Notes: generated from the sequence alone by a model not told the origin. Positions 48,105 to 58,614 are shown, counted from the first letter of the stretch. The stretch: 64,000 nucleotides of DNA from an uncultured virus (IMG/VR IMGVR_UViG_3300028184_000121) (IMGVR_UViG_3300028184_000121:1-64000), one strand, 5' to 3'. Numbers and translations: made by a program.

Positions 48105-48184
48105 CAATAATTTGTTATGGTTATTGTAGTTTGTTAATATTTGGTTATTGGGATGAGCAGTCTCATCTCTCCCAATACCTTGTT
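48105..48184 (-). promoter_or_regulatory. Two tandem late-type promoters (AACA-AGGTAT-TG at 48184-48173; AACA-AATTAT-TG at 48116-48105)
   Basis: AACA-N6-TG variant of consensus. Confidence 0.5.
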
Positions 48185-48248
48185 AAGCCGATATTAATTT
48201 TTAATAACATCGATTATAGAAGTGATTCCTCCTTATATTTTATTTGGT

Positions 48249-48267
48249 CTCACCTCTATAATGTATA
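48249..48267 (-). promoter_or_regulatory. Early-type promoter TATACATTATAgagGTGAG
   Basis: Recurrent motif. Confidence 0.65.
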
Positions 48268-48287
48268 GTTATAATTTCTTTTAATTT

Positions 48288-49082
48288 TTATTTTACTAGC
48301 TTCCGAGCATCTCCTTGTCGTACTACTCTACCACTACCTGCTGAGAATGATTTAGGTTCTGGTATAATTGTATGCGACGTTATATTCATTTCACCTACAA
48401 CGTCATAAGACAATAGTCGGAATAGTTCTTCAATGTCACATTCACTTGTAGTAGTAAATTCAAATACGAAATTATCTTTACTACTAAAATTCATTGTATC
48501 AAAGTTATGGACAACATCCCATATCTTCGTCTTTTCTAAATCTGCTAATAGAGTGTACATAGCTTCAATATCTAATTCCATCTTACTTTGTATTGTATAC
48601 TCTAGATTAGATGTCCATGTATTCTTACGGGCTTTATAAGCACCCATTGCTAAGCTTACACATGTACGTCTACCGTCCACTTCTATATCTGTCACATGTT
48701 TATTGTAGCGGTCTTGGTAGATATAAATTTCATTTGTCGCTGACCCGCGGTTTGCATCTATATCTTCCAATGTAAAATGTAGTGAATTGATATAATCGAC
48801 ATACTCCCTTTTCCCCATATTATGTACAGCTGAGATTAAATGTGGTAATCCTAAATTCTGTTTTAATCTCCATAAGTTCTCACTTGCTCTTTCAGGAAAA
48901 GCTGAACGTAGTCCAAACTTATATGCTTGGACTAACTGTTCTAAGATTTGCCCATTAATTGCAACAATCTCTTTTTGGATATCAGGTTGGAAACCTGTTC
49001 TAATTACTGTAAAGAATTGTTCAGCCTTTACTTTATCAGGTTTAACCATTGTCATTGTTACTCGTTTAAGTGGATTTGTCAT
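48288..49082 (-). CDS. Hypothetical protein
   Basis: ATG 49082 after GGGAGAG. Confidence 0.7.
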   Translation of the reverse strand: MTNPLKRVTMTMVKPDKVKAEQFFTVIRTGFQPDIQKEIVAINGQILEQLVQAYKFGLRSAFPERASENLWRLKQNLGLPHLISAVHNMGKREYVDYINSLHFTLEDIDANRGSATNEIYIYQDRYNKHVTDIEVDGRRTCVSLAMGAYKARKNTWTSNLEYTIQSKMELDIEAMYTLLADLEKTKIWDVVHNFDTMNFSSKDNFVFEFTTTSECDIEELFRLLSYDVVGEMNITSHTIIPEPKSFSAGSGRVVRQGDARKLVK

Positions 49083-49107
49083 TTTTCTTTCTCTCCCTTT
49101 GATTGGA

Positions 49108-49887
49108 TTATTTCTTTTTAGATTTTTCTTTTCCATCTTTAAATTTCTTATCAGTTATTGTTTTATTAGCAAATCGGGTTTGATCGTTATACTTAATCTT
49201 CATTGTAAACTCTAACTTAGGAAACTGTTTAGAGATTTTTTTAATTGCATCATGACTCATTTCAGCACGTACGTCGAATGAATATTCATGACGACTTTTC
49301 TTTTCACGTTTAAGTTCAATTGGAATATTATATAATTGTAATGTACCTAATCCAAACACCTTTGTGCTCCATTCATCATATGTCAAGTGACTTGGTATAG
49401 CAGGAGATTCCTTTCTATACTTTGTAAACTCACTTGGTTCAATTAAATTGAAGAAGCAATAGTCAGGCGTATGGGAACGTAGAAACTTCACATATAATTC
49501 ATCAGCTTCTGCTTTTTCTTCAGGTGTTGCATTCATACGTTTCAATGCAATATCAAACACTCCATCCGCAACCTGATCAATATCCATTCGTTGAAGTGTA
49601 ACCCATGATAAATTTAAGTGATTATAGTTTGCATACATAAATTTAAAAAGGTCTTCGATATGATGACCTTTATATTGCTTCTCAGAAAATGCTTTTCCAC
49701 CTAACTTCATTAAAAAGTATTGGTAGAAGAAGTCAACTTTCTTTAAGTTATTATAACCGAAACTTTGTTTTACTCTGTCTGCTGAATCACCAAATACTTT
49801 ATTGAATTTCTCTAATTGAGATGGGTTACCTTCTACGATTAATGTATGCTCATATTGTTTGATTGATTTTACGAATTTAGATGTCAT
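49108..49887 (-). CDS. Hypothetical protein with Api92/YubB-like ferredoxin-fold C-terminal domain
   Basis: LIVEGNPSQLEKF, FFNLIEP, YDEWSTKVFG, YSF...IKKISKQFPKLEF. Confidence 0.45.
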   Translation of the reverse strand: MTSKFVKSIKQYEHTLIVEGNPSQLEKFNKVFGDSADRVKQSFGYNNLKKVDFFYQYFLMKLGGKAFSEKQYKGHHIEDLFKFMYANYNHLNLSWVTLQRMDIDQVADGVFDIALKRMNATPEEKAEADELYVKFLRSHTPDYCFFNLIEPSEFTKYRKESPAIPSHLTYDEWSTKVFGLGTLQLYNIPIELKREKKSRHEYSFDVRAEMSHDAIKKISKQFPKLEFTMKIKYNDQTRFANKTITDKKFKDGKEKSKKK

Positions 49888-49925
49888 TTTAATTTCTCCC
49901 TTAGTCTAATTATTTTAGTTTTATA

Positions 49926-50870
49926 TTACTCGGATTCTAATTGTAAGTTTAAATGTGATACAATATCTCTCATGCCTTCAGCTTTGCCTTCAACATGCAT
50001 TTTTAAATAATCTCCACATAATTGCTCTGCGTAATGAGATGTATAGTCACTACCTTCTAGATGCATTCCAAAGTGGATATTATATTCTTTTACGTATTTA
50101 GGTAAATCTACTTTCTCTCTAAATCTTTCAGCTAACATATAAGCTGTACAATCTCTTACAGCGCGTAAAACCGGTAGCCATCTTCTCTCAATAAGAGGTC
50201 TAGATGTACCATAATGCTCTGCAAGTTCTTCATCACTATTGTATTTATTTTCAAATATTGTTAACTGAACCATTTCCAAACCAATACCTCTTAACCCACA
50301 GAAGTTTAATTTATACATAGGAATTCTAAGTTCATTTAACGCTATCTCTAAATACATTTGTATCTTATCTATTCTTGAATCATCAAATGTTCTCTTACGT
50401 TTAATGATTGAATCAGAAGGTTTAACTAATGATTCTACAAGACTTTCAGCATAGAATTTCAATTGAGCACATTTGTCAATCTCATACTCTTGTACATATT
50501 CTTTTACTTCTTCTGTCCGCACATCTATGAACGTACGCATATCACTTTCAATACCAGCACGTTGCATAAATTGTGTGCTGATTTTAGATGTAAATACTTG
50601 ACGTAATCTGTTTGCTAAACGACGCTGTTTCTGCATACAGTTTGACATTGCATCTCCTGAGAACTTTGAGTACTCAATAGTTGTATTGAAATAATTGTGT
50701 ACTAATAAGTCGTCAAATAACTCTACCTCAGTATGTGTGAAGTTAGCTTCTAAATCTTCTCTTGTATATCCTATACCTCTTAGTAGTTCCGCATACATTT
50801 GAATATCATCTGCAACATGCGTAAGACAGTCTCTATCAGTATAGTTTCTATTAATTGTTAATTGTGTCAT
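49926..50870 (-). CDS. Hypothetical protein with Spo0A effector-domain-like C-terminal half
   Basis: LNELRIPMYKLNF...EELAEHYGTSRPLIERRW resembles LHEIGVPAHIKGY...IAKKYNTTASRVERAI. Confidence 0.4.
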   Translation of the reverse strand: MTQLTINRNYTDRDCLTHVADDIQMYAELLRGIGYTREDLEANFTHTEVELFDDLLVHNYFNTTIEYSKFSGDAMSNCMQKQRRLANRLRQVFTSKISTQFMQRAGIESDMRTFIDVRTEEVKEYVQEYEIDKCAQLKFYAESLVESLVKPSDSIIKRKRTFDDSRIDKIQMYLEIALNELRIPMYKLNFCGLRGIGLEMVQLTIFENKYNSDEELAEHYGTSRPLIERRWLPVLRAVRDCTAYMLAERFREKVDLPKYVKEYNIHFGMHLEGSDYTSHYAEQLCGDYLKMHVEGKAEGMRDIVSHLNLQLESE

Positions 50871-50905
50871 GGTTATATTCCCCCGCATAGTCTAATTTAT
50901 TTTAA

Positions 50906-51184
50906 TTACATAGAATCCATTACTATTAAATAGGCTTGTAAAGCTACTGTAATTCGTTCTATTGTATCTTTATCTTTACTTGGATATTTCTTTACAATAT
51001 ATTTTGCAACTCGTTTCGGATTTCTCCTTGGTGACCATCTACGCCACCAAGGTCCTGATTGATAGTATTTCATAAACGCTGATAGTACTAGTTGTACATC
51101 ACGTCTTTCAAACTTCATACCATCATTTGCTCTTTCTACAAATTCATGAATGATTCTTAATTCTTGAATATATTCACTTAACAC
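50906..51184 (-). CDS. Small hypothetical protein
   Basis: SD GGAGG + GTG; possibly paralog of next gene (LSEYIQELRIIHEF / LVEYLPEITQIRDY). Confidence 0.65.
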   Translation of the reverse strand: MLSEYIQELRIIHEFVERANDGMKFERRDVQLVLSAFMKYYQSGPWWRRWSPRRNPKRVAKYIVKKYPSKDKDTIERITVALQAYLIVMDSM

Positions 51185-51477
51185 TGTTCTTCCTCCTTCA
51201 CTCTAGCATAATGAATCATGCTAGAGCCGATATGGAATATTAATGCTTTACGTATTGGTGGTAACTTGTCCCCGTAATTATCGAGGACAAAGTTTGTGAA
51301 ACGCATTTTCTTTCTGATTAGTATCTTACTTTGCTCTACCACCGTAAATCGATGTGTTGCAAGTAATAATGTTTCTAATACGTTTGTTTCCATAAAGGGT
51401 GCTCCGCACTCTTTATGTAAGTAATCTCTAATCTGCGTAATCTCAGGCAAGTATTCTACTAATCGTTTATTCACCAT
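51178..51477 (-). CDS. Small hypothetical protein
   Basis: ORF in operon. Confidence 0.65.
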   Translation of the reverse strand: MVNKRLVEYLPEITQIRDYLHKECGAPFMETNVLETLLLATHRFTVVEQSKILIRKKMRFTNFVLDNYGDKLPPIRKALIFHIGSSMIHYARVKEEEQC

Positions 51478-51486
51478 TCTTCTTCC

Positions 51487-52008
51487 TTATCGTTTATTAT
51501 TTTCTTTAATTTCTTCCGCTTGTTTCATTTTTTCGATGGCTTCTAGTTTTATAATGACATAATAAACTAGATTGCCCATATTTTCATTTTCTTTAGATGG
51601 TACAAGAGAAGTTTCGTGCCATGATGCAAGTAACCCAAAATGTTTATTTAATGCAATATCAATATGCTCATTATCACCGTATGCATTGAATATCATTGGT
51701 GTTAAATTTTTATCAAATAATCTAAGTAGCATAAAGTTACCATCATTATTGACAGTAAAAGTATGCATATCAAAGTTAATATAATGACCAATCCATGATA
51801 GTTGAACTTCAATATTTTCTGGTAAATAATATTCCTTTGTAAGATGTGGTTTTGAATCAGGTAATGTATATGCTCTCTTGTATCCTTTTTCAAGATAGTT
51901 AAATGGTGTTGCTACAGGAATATCTGTTTCTTGAAATACTGTGAATGATGGTCCTGTGATAATATCTACTGTCGTGTTTAGTGCGTCTATTTTATTTACG
52001 TTTGTCAT
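51487..52008 (-). CDS. Hypothetical protein
   Basis: SD AAGGGAG; FTVNNDGNFMLLRL resembles FDINKNGAFMLVKF of 41388-41915. Confidence 0.72.
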   Translation of the reverse strand: MTNVNKIDALNTTVDIITGPSFTVFQETDIPVATPFNYLEKGYKRAYTLPDSKPHLTKEYYLPENIEVQLSWIGHYINFDMHTFTVNNDGNFMLLRLFDKNLTPMIFNAYGDNEHIDIALNKHFGLLASWHETSLVPSKENENMGNLVYYVIIKLEAIEKMKQAEEIKENNKR

Positions 52009-52041
52009 TTTAATTAGCTCCCTTAGTTTATATTATTTTTA

Positions 52042-52455
52042 TTATTTAGCTAAACGTGAAACATTCTTTCCAGCTTTTTTTAATTTCTTAGCATCCTTAT
52101 TTGACCAGCCATGTTTATCTTGCATTTCTATCATAGCCTTCTTACCCCAGCCAAATACAATTCCCCAAATTAAAGCTAATTCCGAGGATTCGCTCCAATC
52201 TCTGCTACTACTAGCAAGAATCTCTTTTAGCATACCCAAACCTTTTCCAACTTCCTCTACATCAATTGGGATAACATCTAATTCATTTATATCAGTATAT
52301 CTTCCTCCACAGAAAGTTTCCCCTGAACCAATGATGTATGCTTTAACAGTTCCATCATTATCACGGTATTCTGTCTTAAACCCGATTGTATCATTATATC
52401 TAAATAATGAACCCGGTTCTACATCTTCTAATTTTACAGTCTTAGTCATTTTCAT
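52042..52455 (-). CDS. Hypothetical protein
   Basis: SD AAGGAG. Confidence 0.7.
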   Translation of the reverse strand: MKMTKTVKLEDVEPGSLFRYNDTIGFKTEYRDNDGTVKAYIIGSGETFCGGRYTDINELDVIPIDVEEVGKGLGMLKEILASSSRDWSESSELALIWGIVFGWGKKAMIEMQDKHGWSNKDAKKLKKAGKNVSRLAK

Positions 52456-52489
52456 TCTCCTTTGCTTTATGAAAGACAGGTAAGAGGAA

Positions 52490-54640
52490 TTAACCTCTTA
52501 CCTTCTTTTCAAACTCTTTACGCGAAATTACTTCAATACCTTTGTCTAAAGCCTTCGCTACTTTCTTCTTACTCGTATCATGTGGATCAGTTGCCACTAA
52601 ATATGTCAACCCTTTGAATCCACTGTCTACTACTTTATATCCTTTTGCTTCACACTCTTTCTTTAAGTCCTTATCTCGGAATCCAGTAAACATAACTTTC
52701 TTCTTACCAGTATCCTGATGTGCTTCGAACTTAGAATGTATAATGTTATTTGTAAATACTTCTTGTAATAGATATTGTAAAGTCGGCATGACTTCATCTA
52801 ATCCATTAATAAAGTTTTCTTTCTTAGCATCTCTTACATTCGGAATATTAACTGTCCCGATAGAATAAGAGTTCTTCATTACTTCTTGTAATGTATACCA
52901 ATTTAAAATCTGCTCACTCGTCTTTGGACCAGAGATACCTAACGCATTACATAAGTTATAATCATGTATCGGTTCGGTTCTAATTCTCTCAATCTCAGAC
53001 TTTATATTATTTACTTTTGATTCTCCGAATCCATCTAATTGTAAGATAGCTGAATAATCTAGATTAAATAATGATGGGATATCCGTAAGGAGACCTTCAT
53101 CATATAATCGTGTTACTGTCTTATCAGCAAAGTCTTTCAGACCTAATGCTTTGATAAAGAATGTAATACGATTCAAATGTTTCGTTGTACAATTACCATT
53201 TGCACAGAAATAGTTCTTTCCTTTCTGTACTATAGACCCTCCACAGCTTGGACATTGGTCAGGATATCCAATGACTGGACCCATCCCGTTATGTCGTACG
53301 GTTGGTTGCACATAAGGCATTACATCACCGTTATAAGATACTGTAACTGTATCTCCGTAATGTAAATTCATCTTACTAAATCTCTCATAAGATGATAGTG
53401 TACTATGATTGTGGATTGTACCATTTAGTTCAATCGGATCATAGAAAAGGATCGGTGTTAATAATCCTGTACGACCTACGGTTACTTCGAATCCTTTAAC
53501 AGTCGTCTGCACTTCATCGGGTGGATACTTGTAAGCTACCTGATATTTATTAATTGCATTCTTTCTTCCAAACTCATCACGAATCTCATCATTGATTACA
53601 TCGATAACGATACCATCAATTGCGAATCCTAAGTCTGGACGCTTTACTCGAATGTCTGCTATGAAGTCATGAATCTTAGCCATCGCTTCTTTTACCGATG
53701 TTACTTCTAACTCAATAAATGATAGTGCTAAGTTCTGTGCAAACATTTTGTTTATTACCGCATAGGATACTTCCTCATCGGTATCTGTTACGGCATACAA
53801 TGGAACTGGTGTTAAGTACTTTGCATACTTGGCTCCATTACTAGCTGATACAATACTAACTGCCGCGCTTCGACAGTTTGCATAACTCTTTCCTCGTTCT
53901 TCCATGTATAAATCACGGTTTGCTTTTGTTACAATTAACTCTGTCTTCAATCCGAAGTTTAACCCCATTTCATTTAAGGCATTCGGATATCTTACATTTG
54001 TAAATAAGTGTGTTAGGTCTGTTCCATTACCATCATCACCACGAGTGATTGCTGATACAACTTTACCTGTTACACTATCTATTTCTAAGATGACAGATAC
54101 GCCATCATACTTTAATGATAATCTGATACGAAGAGGTCCACGGCTTCTAGCCATCCAACTTCTAATGAAGGATTCAACATCTTTCGTACCTTCTTTCCTT
54201 TGTGTGTTATCTGCTGTATAGATAAAATGAGCCTTGTCTAATGTACCACGTAATAGTGGAAACTCATGTGTCGTATCTTTCGTACGTCTACCAACAAATA
54301 ATGTAGCCTCAATTGGCTCAGCGCGATAAGACTTAAATTTATCTAATGTTATGTCATATATCTTATCGCTTACAAACTCCTTTCCATTTTCGTATATGAT
54401 TTTTAATGCCTTGATAATGTCTTCAACACTATCAAGCATTTCATCTATTTTCTTTTCTTTACCTTCTTTAACGAAGCGTTCCATATATAATTCAACGCCC
54501 GCTTTCTTCAGCGTATTCTTCGCTTGACGTAGCTTTCCTTTCTTTGCAAGCTTCAATGCTTTTGCAAATAATTCTTCAGGAGCTACTGTTAGTTCATCTG
54601 GCTTAATTCGTTTGACTCTCGCTACTCTAATTTCAGTCAT
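52490..54640 (-). CDS. ligA: NAD-dependent DNA ligase
   Basis: KYDG adenylation motif, AITRGDDGNG, DGIV, AYK, VGRTG, CPSCG...C..GNC Zn finger, HhH repeats, BRCT (FTGFRD). Confidence 0.95.
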   Translation of the reverse strand: MTEIRVARVKRIKPDELTVAPEELFAKALKLAKKGKLRQAKNTLKKAGVELYMERFVKEGKEKKIDEMLDSVEDIIKALKIIYENGKEFVSDKIYDITLDKFKSYRAEPIEATLFVGRRTKDTTHEFPLLRGTLDKAHFIYTADNTQRKEGTKDVESFIRSWMARSRGPLRIRLSLKYDGVSVILEIDSVTGKVVSAITRGDDGNGTDLTHLFTNVRYPNALNEMGLNFGLKTELIVTKANRDLYMEERGKSYANCRSAAVSIVSASNGAKYAKYLTPVPLYAVTDTDEEVSYAVINKMFAQNLALSFIELEVTSVKEAMAKIHDFIADIRVKRPDLGFAIDGIVIDVINDEIRDEFGRKNAINKYQVAYKYPPDEVQTTVKGFEVTVGRTGLLTPILFYDPIELNGTIHNHSTLSSYERFSKMNLHYGDTVTVSYNGDVMPYVQPTVRHNGMGPVIGYPDQCPSCGGSIVQKGKNYFCANGNCTTKHLNRITFFIKALGLKDFADKTVTRLYDEGLLTDIPSLFNLDYSAILQLDGFGESKVNNIKSEIERIRTEPIHDYNLCNALGISGPKTSEQILNWYTLQEVMKNSYSIGTVNIPNVRDAKKENFINGLDEVMPTLQYLLQEVFTNNIIHSKFEAHQDTGKKKVMFTGFRDKDLKKECEAKGYKVVDSGFKGLTYLVATDPHDTSKKKVAKALDKGIEVISRKEFEKKVRG

Positions 54641-54698
54641 TGTTATTCCTCCTCTATGTAGCTTTATACATTAGTAGCTTTTGGATTCATTATCCAAT

Positions 54699-54717
54699 CT
54701 CACCTATATAATGTATA
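54699..54717 (-). promoter_or_regulatory. Early-type promoter TATACATTATAtagGTGAG
   Basis: Recurrent motif upstream of ligase. Confidence 0.65.
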
Positions 54718-54795
54718 ATCAAATTAAATGTTGAATTTATTGTTATTGTATAAAAATGACAAAAAATAAAGATAGGGATTTCTCCCTATCTCGTA

Positions 54796-55272
54796 CTATT
54801 GTAGACGGATGTTTACGTCTAAGTATTGCCCTGGTCCCATTTTAATAGGTTCCAATTCGATTGCAGTATACTTGTTTTCTACAATACAAGTTACTCCATT
54901 ATGATATGAATGACGTTCTTTATTAAGTAACCCGATATCCGCCATCACATTCAATATTCTATAATAGTAATTTCTAGTTGTATCAGATGATGCTTTTGCA
55001 CGTTTTAATGGATTCACATCAGCTAGTTCGCGAGAAGTAGCATACCCTTTACGTACCATATCTAATACTGTTTTATAATTATTTGGTAGATAGTTTTCAT
55101 TACGAGTTAAACGAACTAAGTTTATCTTACTCGTTAACCCACCTTTAATTAATAAACCTGCTTTACGTTTACGTACTGATACTGTTTTGATAGCATCTAC
55201 TTTTTGTACGGAAACTTTCTTTGTAGTCTTTCTAGTTGTTGCTTTAGCCTCTTTATTTGTTTTAGTAGCCAT
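54796..55272 (-). CDS. Basic protein, possible winged-helix DNA-binding domain
   Basis: K/T-rich N-tail; TSRELAD...YYRILNVMADIGLL pattern. Confidence 0.5.
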   Translation of the reverse strand: MATKTNKEAKATTRKTTKKVSVQKVDAIKTVSVRKRKAGLLIKGGLTSKINLVRLTRNENYLPNNYKTVLDMVRKGYATSRELADVNPLKRAKASSDTTRNYYYRILNVMADIGLLNKERHSYHNGVTCIVENKYTAIELEPIKMGPGQYLDVNIRLQ

Positions 55273-55359
55273 TGTTAATGGTCCCCTCTCCACTTTTTAT
55301 ATCTGAGTATATTAATTATAAGTTCTAATTTTTTAAGAGAAAAGTGTTACTTCTTTATA

Positions 55360-56403
55360 TTAAATAACATTTGGTACTACTACATATAATGTAGGATACC
55401 CTGCAACATAACCATCATTAATAGTCATAGAGTCCATATCAAAATCAAGTAAATGTGGTATCACAAGACTATTAACTCGGATAAATTGTTTTGCTGTTTC
55501 TTCTAAGTTTGTACGCATAATCTCAAATGTTTCACGAGAGTATGTCGCCGGAGCTGCTAATGTTAATTTAAGGAAATAGCTAGTCGGCTCTGCAATATGA
55601 CTTCTCGTTTCAAGATATTTGTACACGCCCCCATCACCAGGTTTAATTTTTGATATAAGCGCTCCTTGTACGACAGCTTTTGTTATAACTTTATCTGACA
55701 CTTTAACCTGAGATGCAAAGTCTGCGGACAATGGTGTCCATAGCATACGAGCATCAGGTAAAACCGCAGCTGGGCTATCAGACTGTACCCATATTTCAAA
55801 ATCATGGAAACCTTTTAATTTTGTTACTTTATTGGCTCTCATTAGAGCTTCTTCTTTTTCTACTTCTACACGTTTTAATGCATTGCGTAATACTAATTTT
55901 GCATTAAGTACTCCTGCATGATCCGGCATTCCGTTAACTGGAACCAAACCAAATTCATACCAAGAGACAACACCTACCGCTGCAAATTCATCTTGACTGA
56001 ATAGTTCGATTAAATGCTTATCATTCAGTTTATCGAATTCACTAAACGTCATAAGTGTTGGATGCATTGCATGTAGTAATATATCTTTACCGTTTTTATC
56101 TTCAACAAATTCACGGTATATGCCATCTTTAGTATCATTATTACGTCGAACGTTATATTCACCTCGGACAACTGCACTTACATGAATGTCTTCAGGAATC
56201 TTATATGTATCCTGTACTTCTTTACATTGCTCATCTGTTACACCCATTGTACGATAAGATGCCGCAGGCAATGATAATCCTTTTTTAAATGATCCACTTG
56301 TAGCCTTTACAGGTAAATCATATTCTGTAAATTTTAATGCCATATCATCTACCTGTAGTAGATGTGGTCTAATATGCTTTACAGATACATTCTTTCTAAC
56401 CAT
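55360..56403 (-). CDS. Hypothetical protein with two repeated domains
   Basis: VSAVVRG/TKAVVQG, DGIYREF/GGVYKYL, TFSEFD/SRETFE repeats. Confidence 0.72.
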   Translation of the reverse strand: MVRKNVSVKHIRPHLLQVDDMALKFTEYDLPVKATSGSFKKGLSLPAASYRTMGVTDEQCKEVQDTYKIPEDIHVSAVVRGEYNVRRNNDTKDGIYREFVEDKNGKDILLHAMHPTLMTFSEFDKLNDKHLIELFSQDEFAAVGVVSWYEFGLVPVNGMPDHAGVLNAKLVLRNALKRVEVEKEEALMRANKVTKLKGFHDFEIWVQSDSPAAVLPDARMLWTPLSADFASQVKVSDKVITKAVVQGALISKIKPGDGGVYKYLETRSHIAEPTSYFLKLTLAAPATYSRETFEIMRTNLEETAKQFIRVNSLVIPHLLDFDMDSMTINDGYVAGYPTLYVVVPNVI

Positions 56404-56506
56404 TATAGTTCCTCCTCAGGAAATGTATTTTCTTTCTATAATAATTAGTTGTCATTATTTTTATTTATTACCAAATATATGTAAAAAAGAAGAGTAGACC
56501 AATGGT

Positions 56507-58567
56507 CTACTCCTCATCTTCATCTTCAAATACAACCCCGTTTAATTGAGTTTCATCAGCTACTTCTTCCCCGTCTTCAATCTCGAATTCTAATCCGATA
56601 CCAATAGACTTTAAGTACACTGTTGCAATCTCTGCTGCACGGTTCTTTGCATTATCTGACATTTCAATATTCTCTAAATCTAATACATTGTTTTCATATA
56701 ACTGACCTGTATCACGACGACCGATTACAGACGTACTATATAGCATAGACATATACGCTAATAGGTCTGGTCGTTGTGTCATCAGTAAGTTAGAATACTC
56801 CATTTCCCCTACACGTACTGGTGTCTTTTGATAAATAGAACGATGATGTTTATTTGCAATAGACTTAGATGGTAGGTCTTTACTGTTTGAGTATCCGGTA
56901 CTACGAGTTGAGAACTTACCTTTCGGTGTATGTTTCAACTTCAGAATATATTTGCTTCCTACAACAACTTTGTTTAGCATTTTGATCTTGCGACCAAATT
57001 TGTTTACATAGCAAGTATATGGTTCGAATCCATACTTGTCATAAATAAACTCAAACTTATCAAGTGTCATATTATCATACATCGGTGGTTGATGTATCAT
57101 GATACCATTCTTATCAATATCTTCAAAGAAGGCAAGCTTCTCATCCTCAGCTAATGGTGAATAATAGTTAATTAATGCATTAGCCTGAGTTGTATTAATA
57201 TCATTAATGATATCGAATAAGAAGTTTTCTTTATCAGTTAATGATGCCATTTCTGCTAATCGTTCTCTTACTCGGTGTCCAATAAAATTTAACTCCACTT
57301 CATATAACTGACCTGGATTTAAACGGTTAACAACACCTAGAACGTTGAATATGGCATCTACACGAAGACCTGTTTCTGTGAAAGGCATTTCATCATCAGG
57401 AACAATCTGACTGATAACCCCTTTGTCACCGAAGCGTCCTGTAAGTTTTTGTCCGATTGTAACACCAGATTCTTTCTCAACAACGAACTCAATAACCATG
57501 TTACTGAATGTTGAGTTATTGCTATCTTTCCAACTACAAGTTGGGTCTAAGATATCTTTCGAACGCTTGTACATAAAGTCTAGGTCTTCTGTATATTGAC
57601 CAGTCTTCATAATCTCTCCAAGCGTTTGTACGACTTCTCTATGATAACGTAATTCATTATCGTAGTATTTCATAATTTGTTTATTGTACTTTGCTTTTGG
57701 AATTTCGTCATATGGTTTATTACAATAGATATTAATATCAACTACTTTTCCTTGTGCATAGAACGTTGTATCATTTCTAAAGTTAGGCTTCTGCATATTT
57801 TCATACTTTAAATCATATAGAGATTGAGAGTATGTAATTCGACGCTTACAAGCCAAGATTGTATCTTTATTAATCATCTCTCCAATATCAGGGAATGCTC
57901 GATATCCATCTTCCCCTCCATACATATTGATGAGAAGGTCATTATCATTTAGTGAGATGCGAACGTTCTCTACTTCGATAGACTTTAATCCATCTCGAAG
58001 AGATTCTGATATAACAATCGCATCCTCTATCGTTCGGTTATCAATACCATACATACAGTTTACATTGATACCATAACGATAGTTCATATTTTCATCAAAT
58101 GAAGTACTGCTAAATAATACTTCACCTGCTTCAATTGTATCATCTATTTCCTTTGAGTCTAATTTCTGAGTATTATATTTATACCCGTAAGACTCTGTTA
58201 AGCGTTCATTACTTCTCTTTTCAATAACATCGAACTTTTGTGTTTCTGTATTGAATACGAGTAATGTATATAAGTGGTCAGGATTATCTTCAAACTTCTG
58301 AATTTTTCCTACCACGACTAATTGTGCTTCCGCTCGATAATAAGCAGAACTAAATTCTCCAACTATATTCTCATAGTTGGTATACATCTTCGGAATCTCT
58401 GGATTCAGTAGAACTACGTTCTGATCTAACTGACTACTTACCATGATTGCACGAGATGAGTTTGTACGATTCGCCATCGTCAATACATTCTTTCCTAGAA
58501 TGTCATCTTTTCCTTCATACTTTCGATCTAACTCTAGCATCTGCTCTTTAATGTTTTTAATTGACAT
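56507..58567 (-). CDS. rpoB: Phage multisubunit RNA polymerase beta subunit, C-terminal half
   Basis: NSSRAIM..SQLDQ, EDAIVISE, GQKLTGRFGDKGVIS, DAIFN.LGV.NRLNPGQ, LKLKH, RSTG, RVGEME. Confidence 0.93.
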   Translation of the reverse strand: MSIKNIKEQMLELDRKYEGKDDILGKNVLTMANRTNSSRAIMVSSQLDQNVVLLNPEIPKMYTNYENIVGEFSSAYYRAEAQLVVVGKIQKFEDNPDHLYTLLVFNTETQKFDVIEKRSNERLTESYGYKYNTQKLDSKEIDDTIEAGEVLFSSTSFDENMNYRYGINVNCMYGIDNRTIEDAIVISESLRDGLKSIEVENVRISLNDNDLLINMYGGEDGYRAFPDIGEMINKDTILACKRRITYSQSLYDLKYENMQKPNFRNDTTFYAQGKVVDINIYCNKPYDEIPKAKYNKQIMKYYDNELRYHREVVQTLGEIMKTGQYTEDLDFMYKRSKDILDPTCSWKDSNNSTFSNMVIEFVVEKESGVTIGQKLTGRFGDKGVISQIVPDDEMPFTETGLRVDAIFNVLGVVNRLNPGQLYEVELNFIGHRVRERLAEMASLTDKENFLFDIINDINTTQANALINYYSPLAEDEKLAFFEDIDKNGIMIHQPPMYDNMTLDKFEFIYDKYGFEPYTCYVNKFGRKIKMLNKVVVGSKYILKLKHTPKGKFSTRSTGYSNSKDLPSKSIANKHHRSIYQKTPVRVGEMEYSNLLMTQRPDLLAYMSMLYSTSVIGRRDTGQLYENNVLDLENIEMSDNAKNRAAEIATVYLKSIGIGLEFEIEDGEEVADETQLNGVVFEDEDEE

Positions 58568-58614
58568 TTTAAAATCACACTCCCTATAGTTATGATGTTA
58601 TAGTTTACATCATT

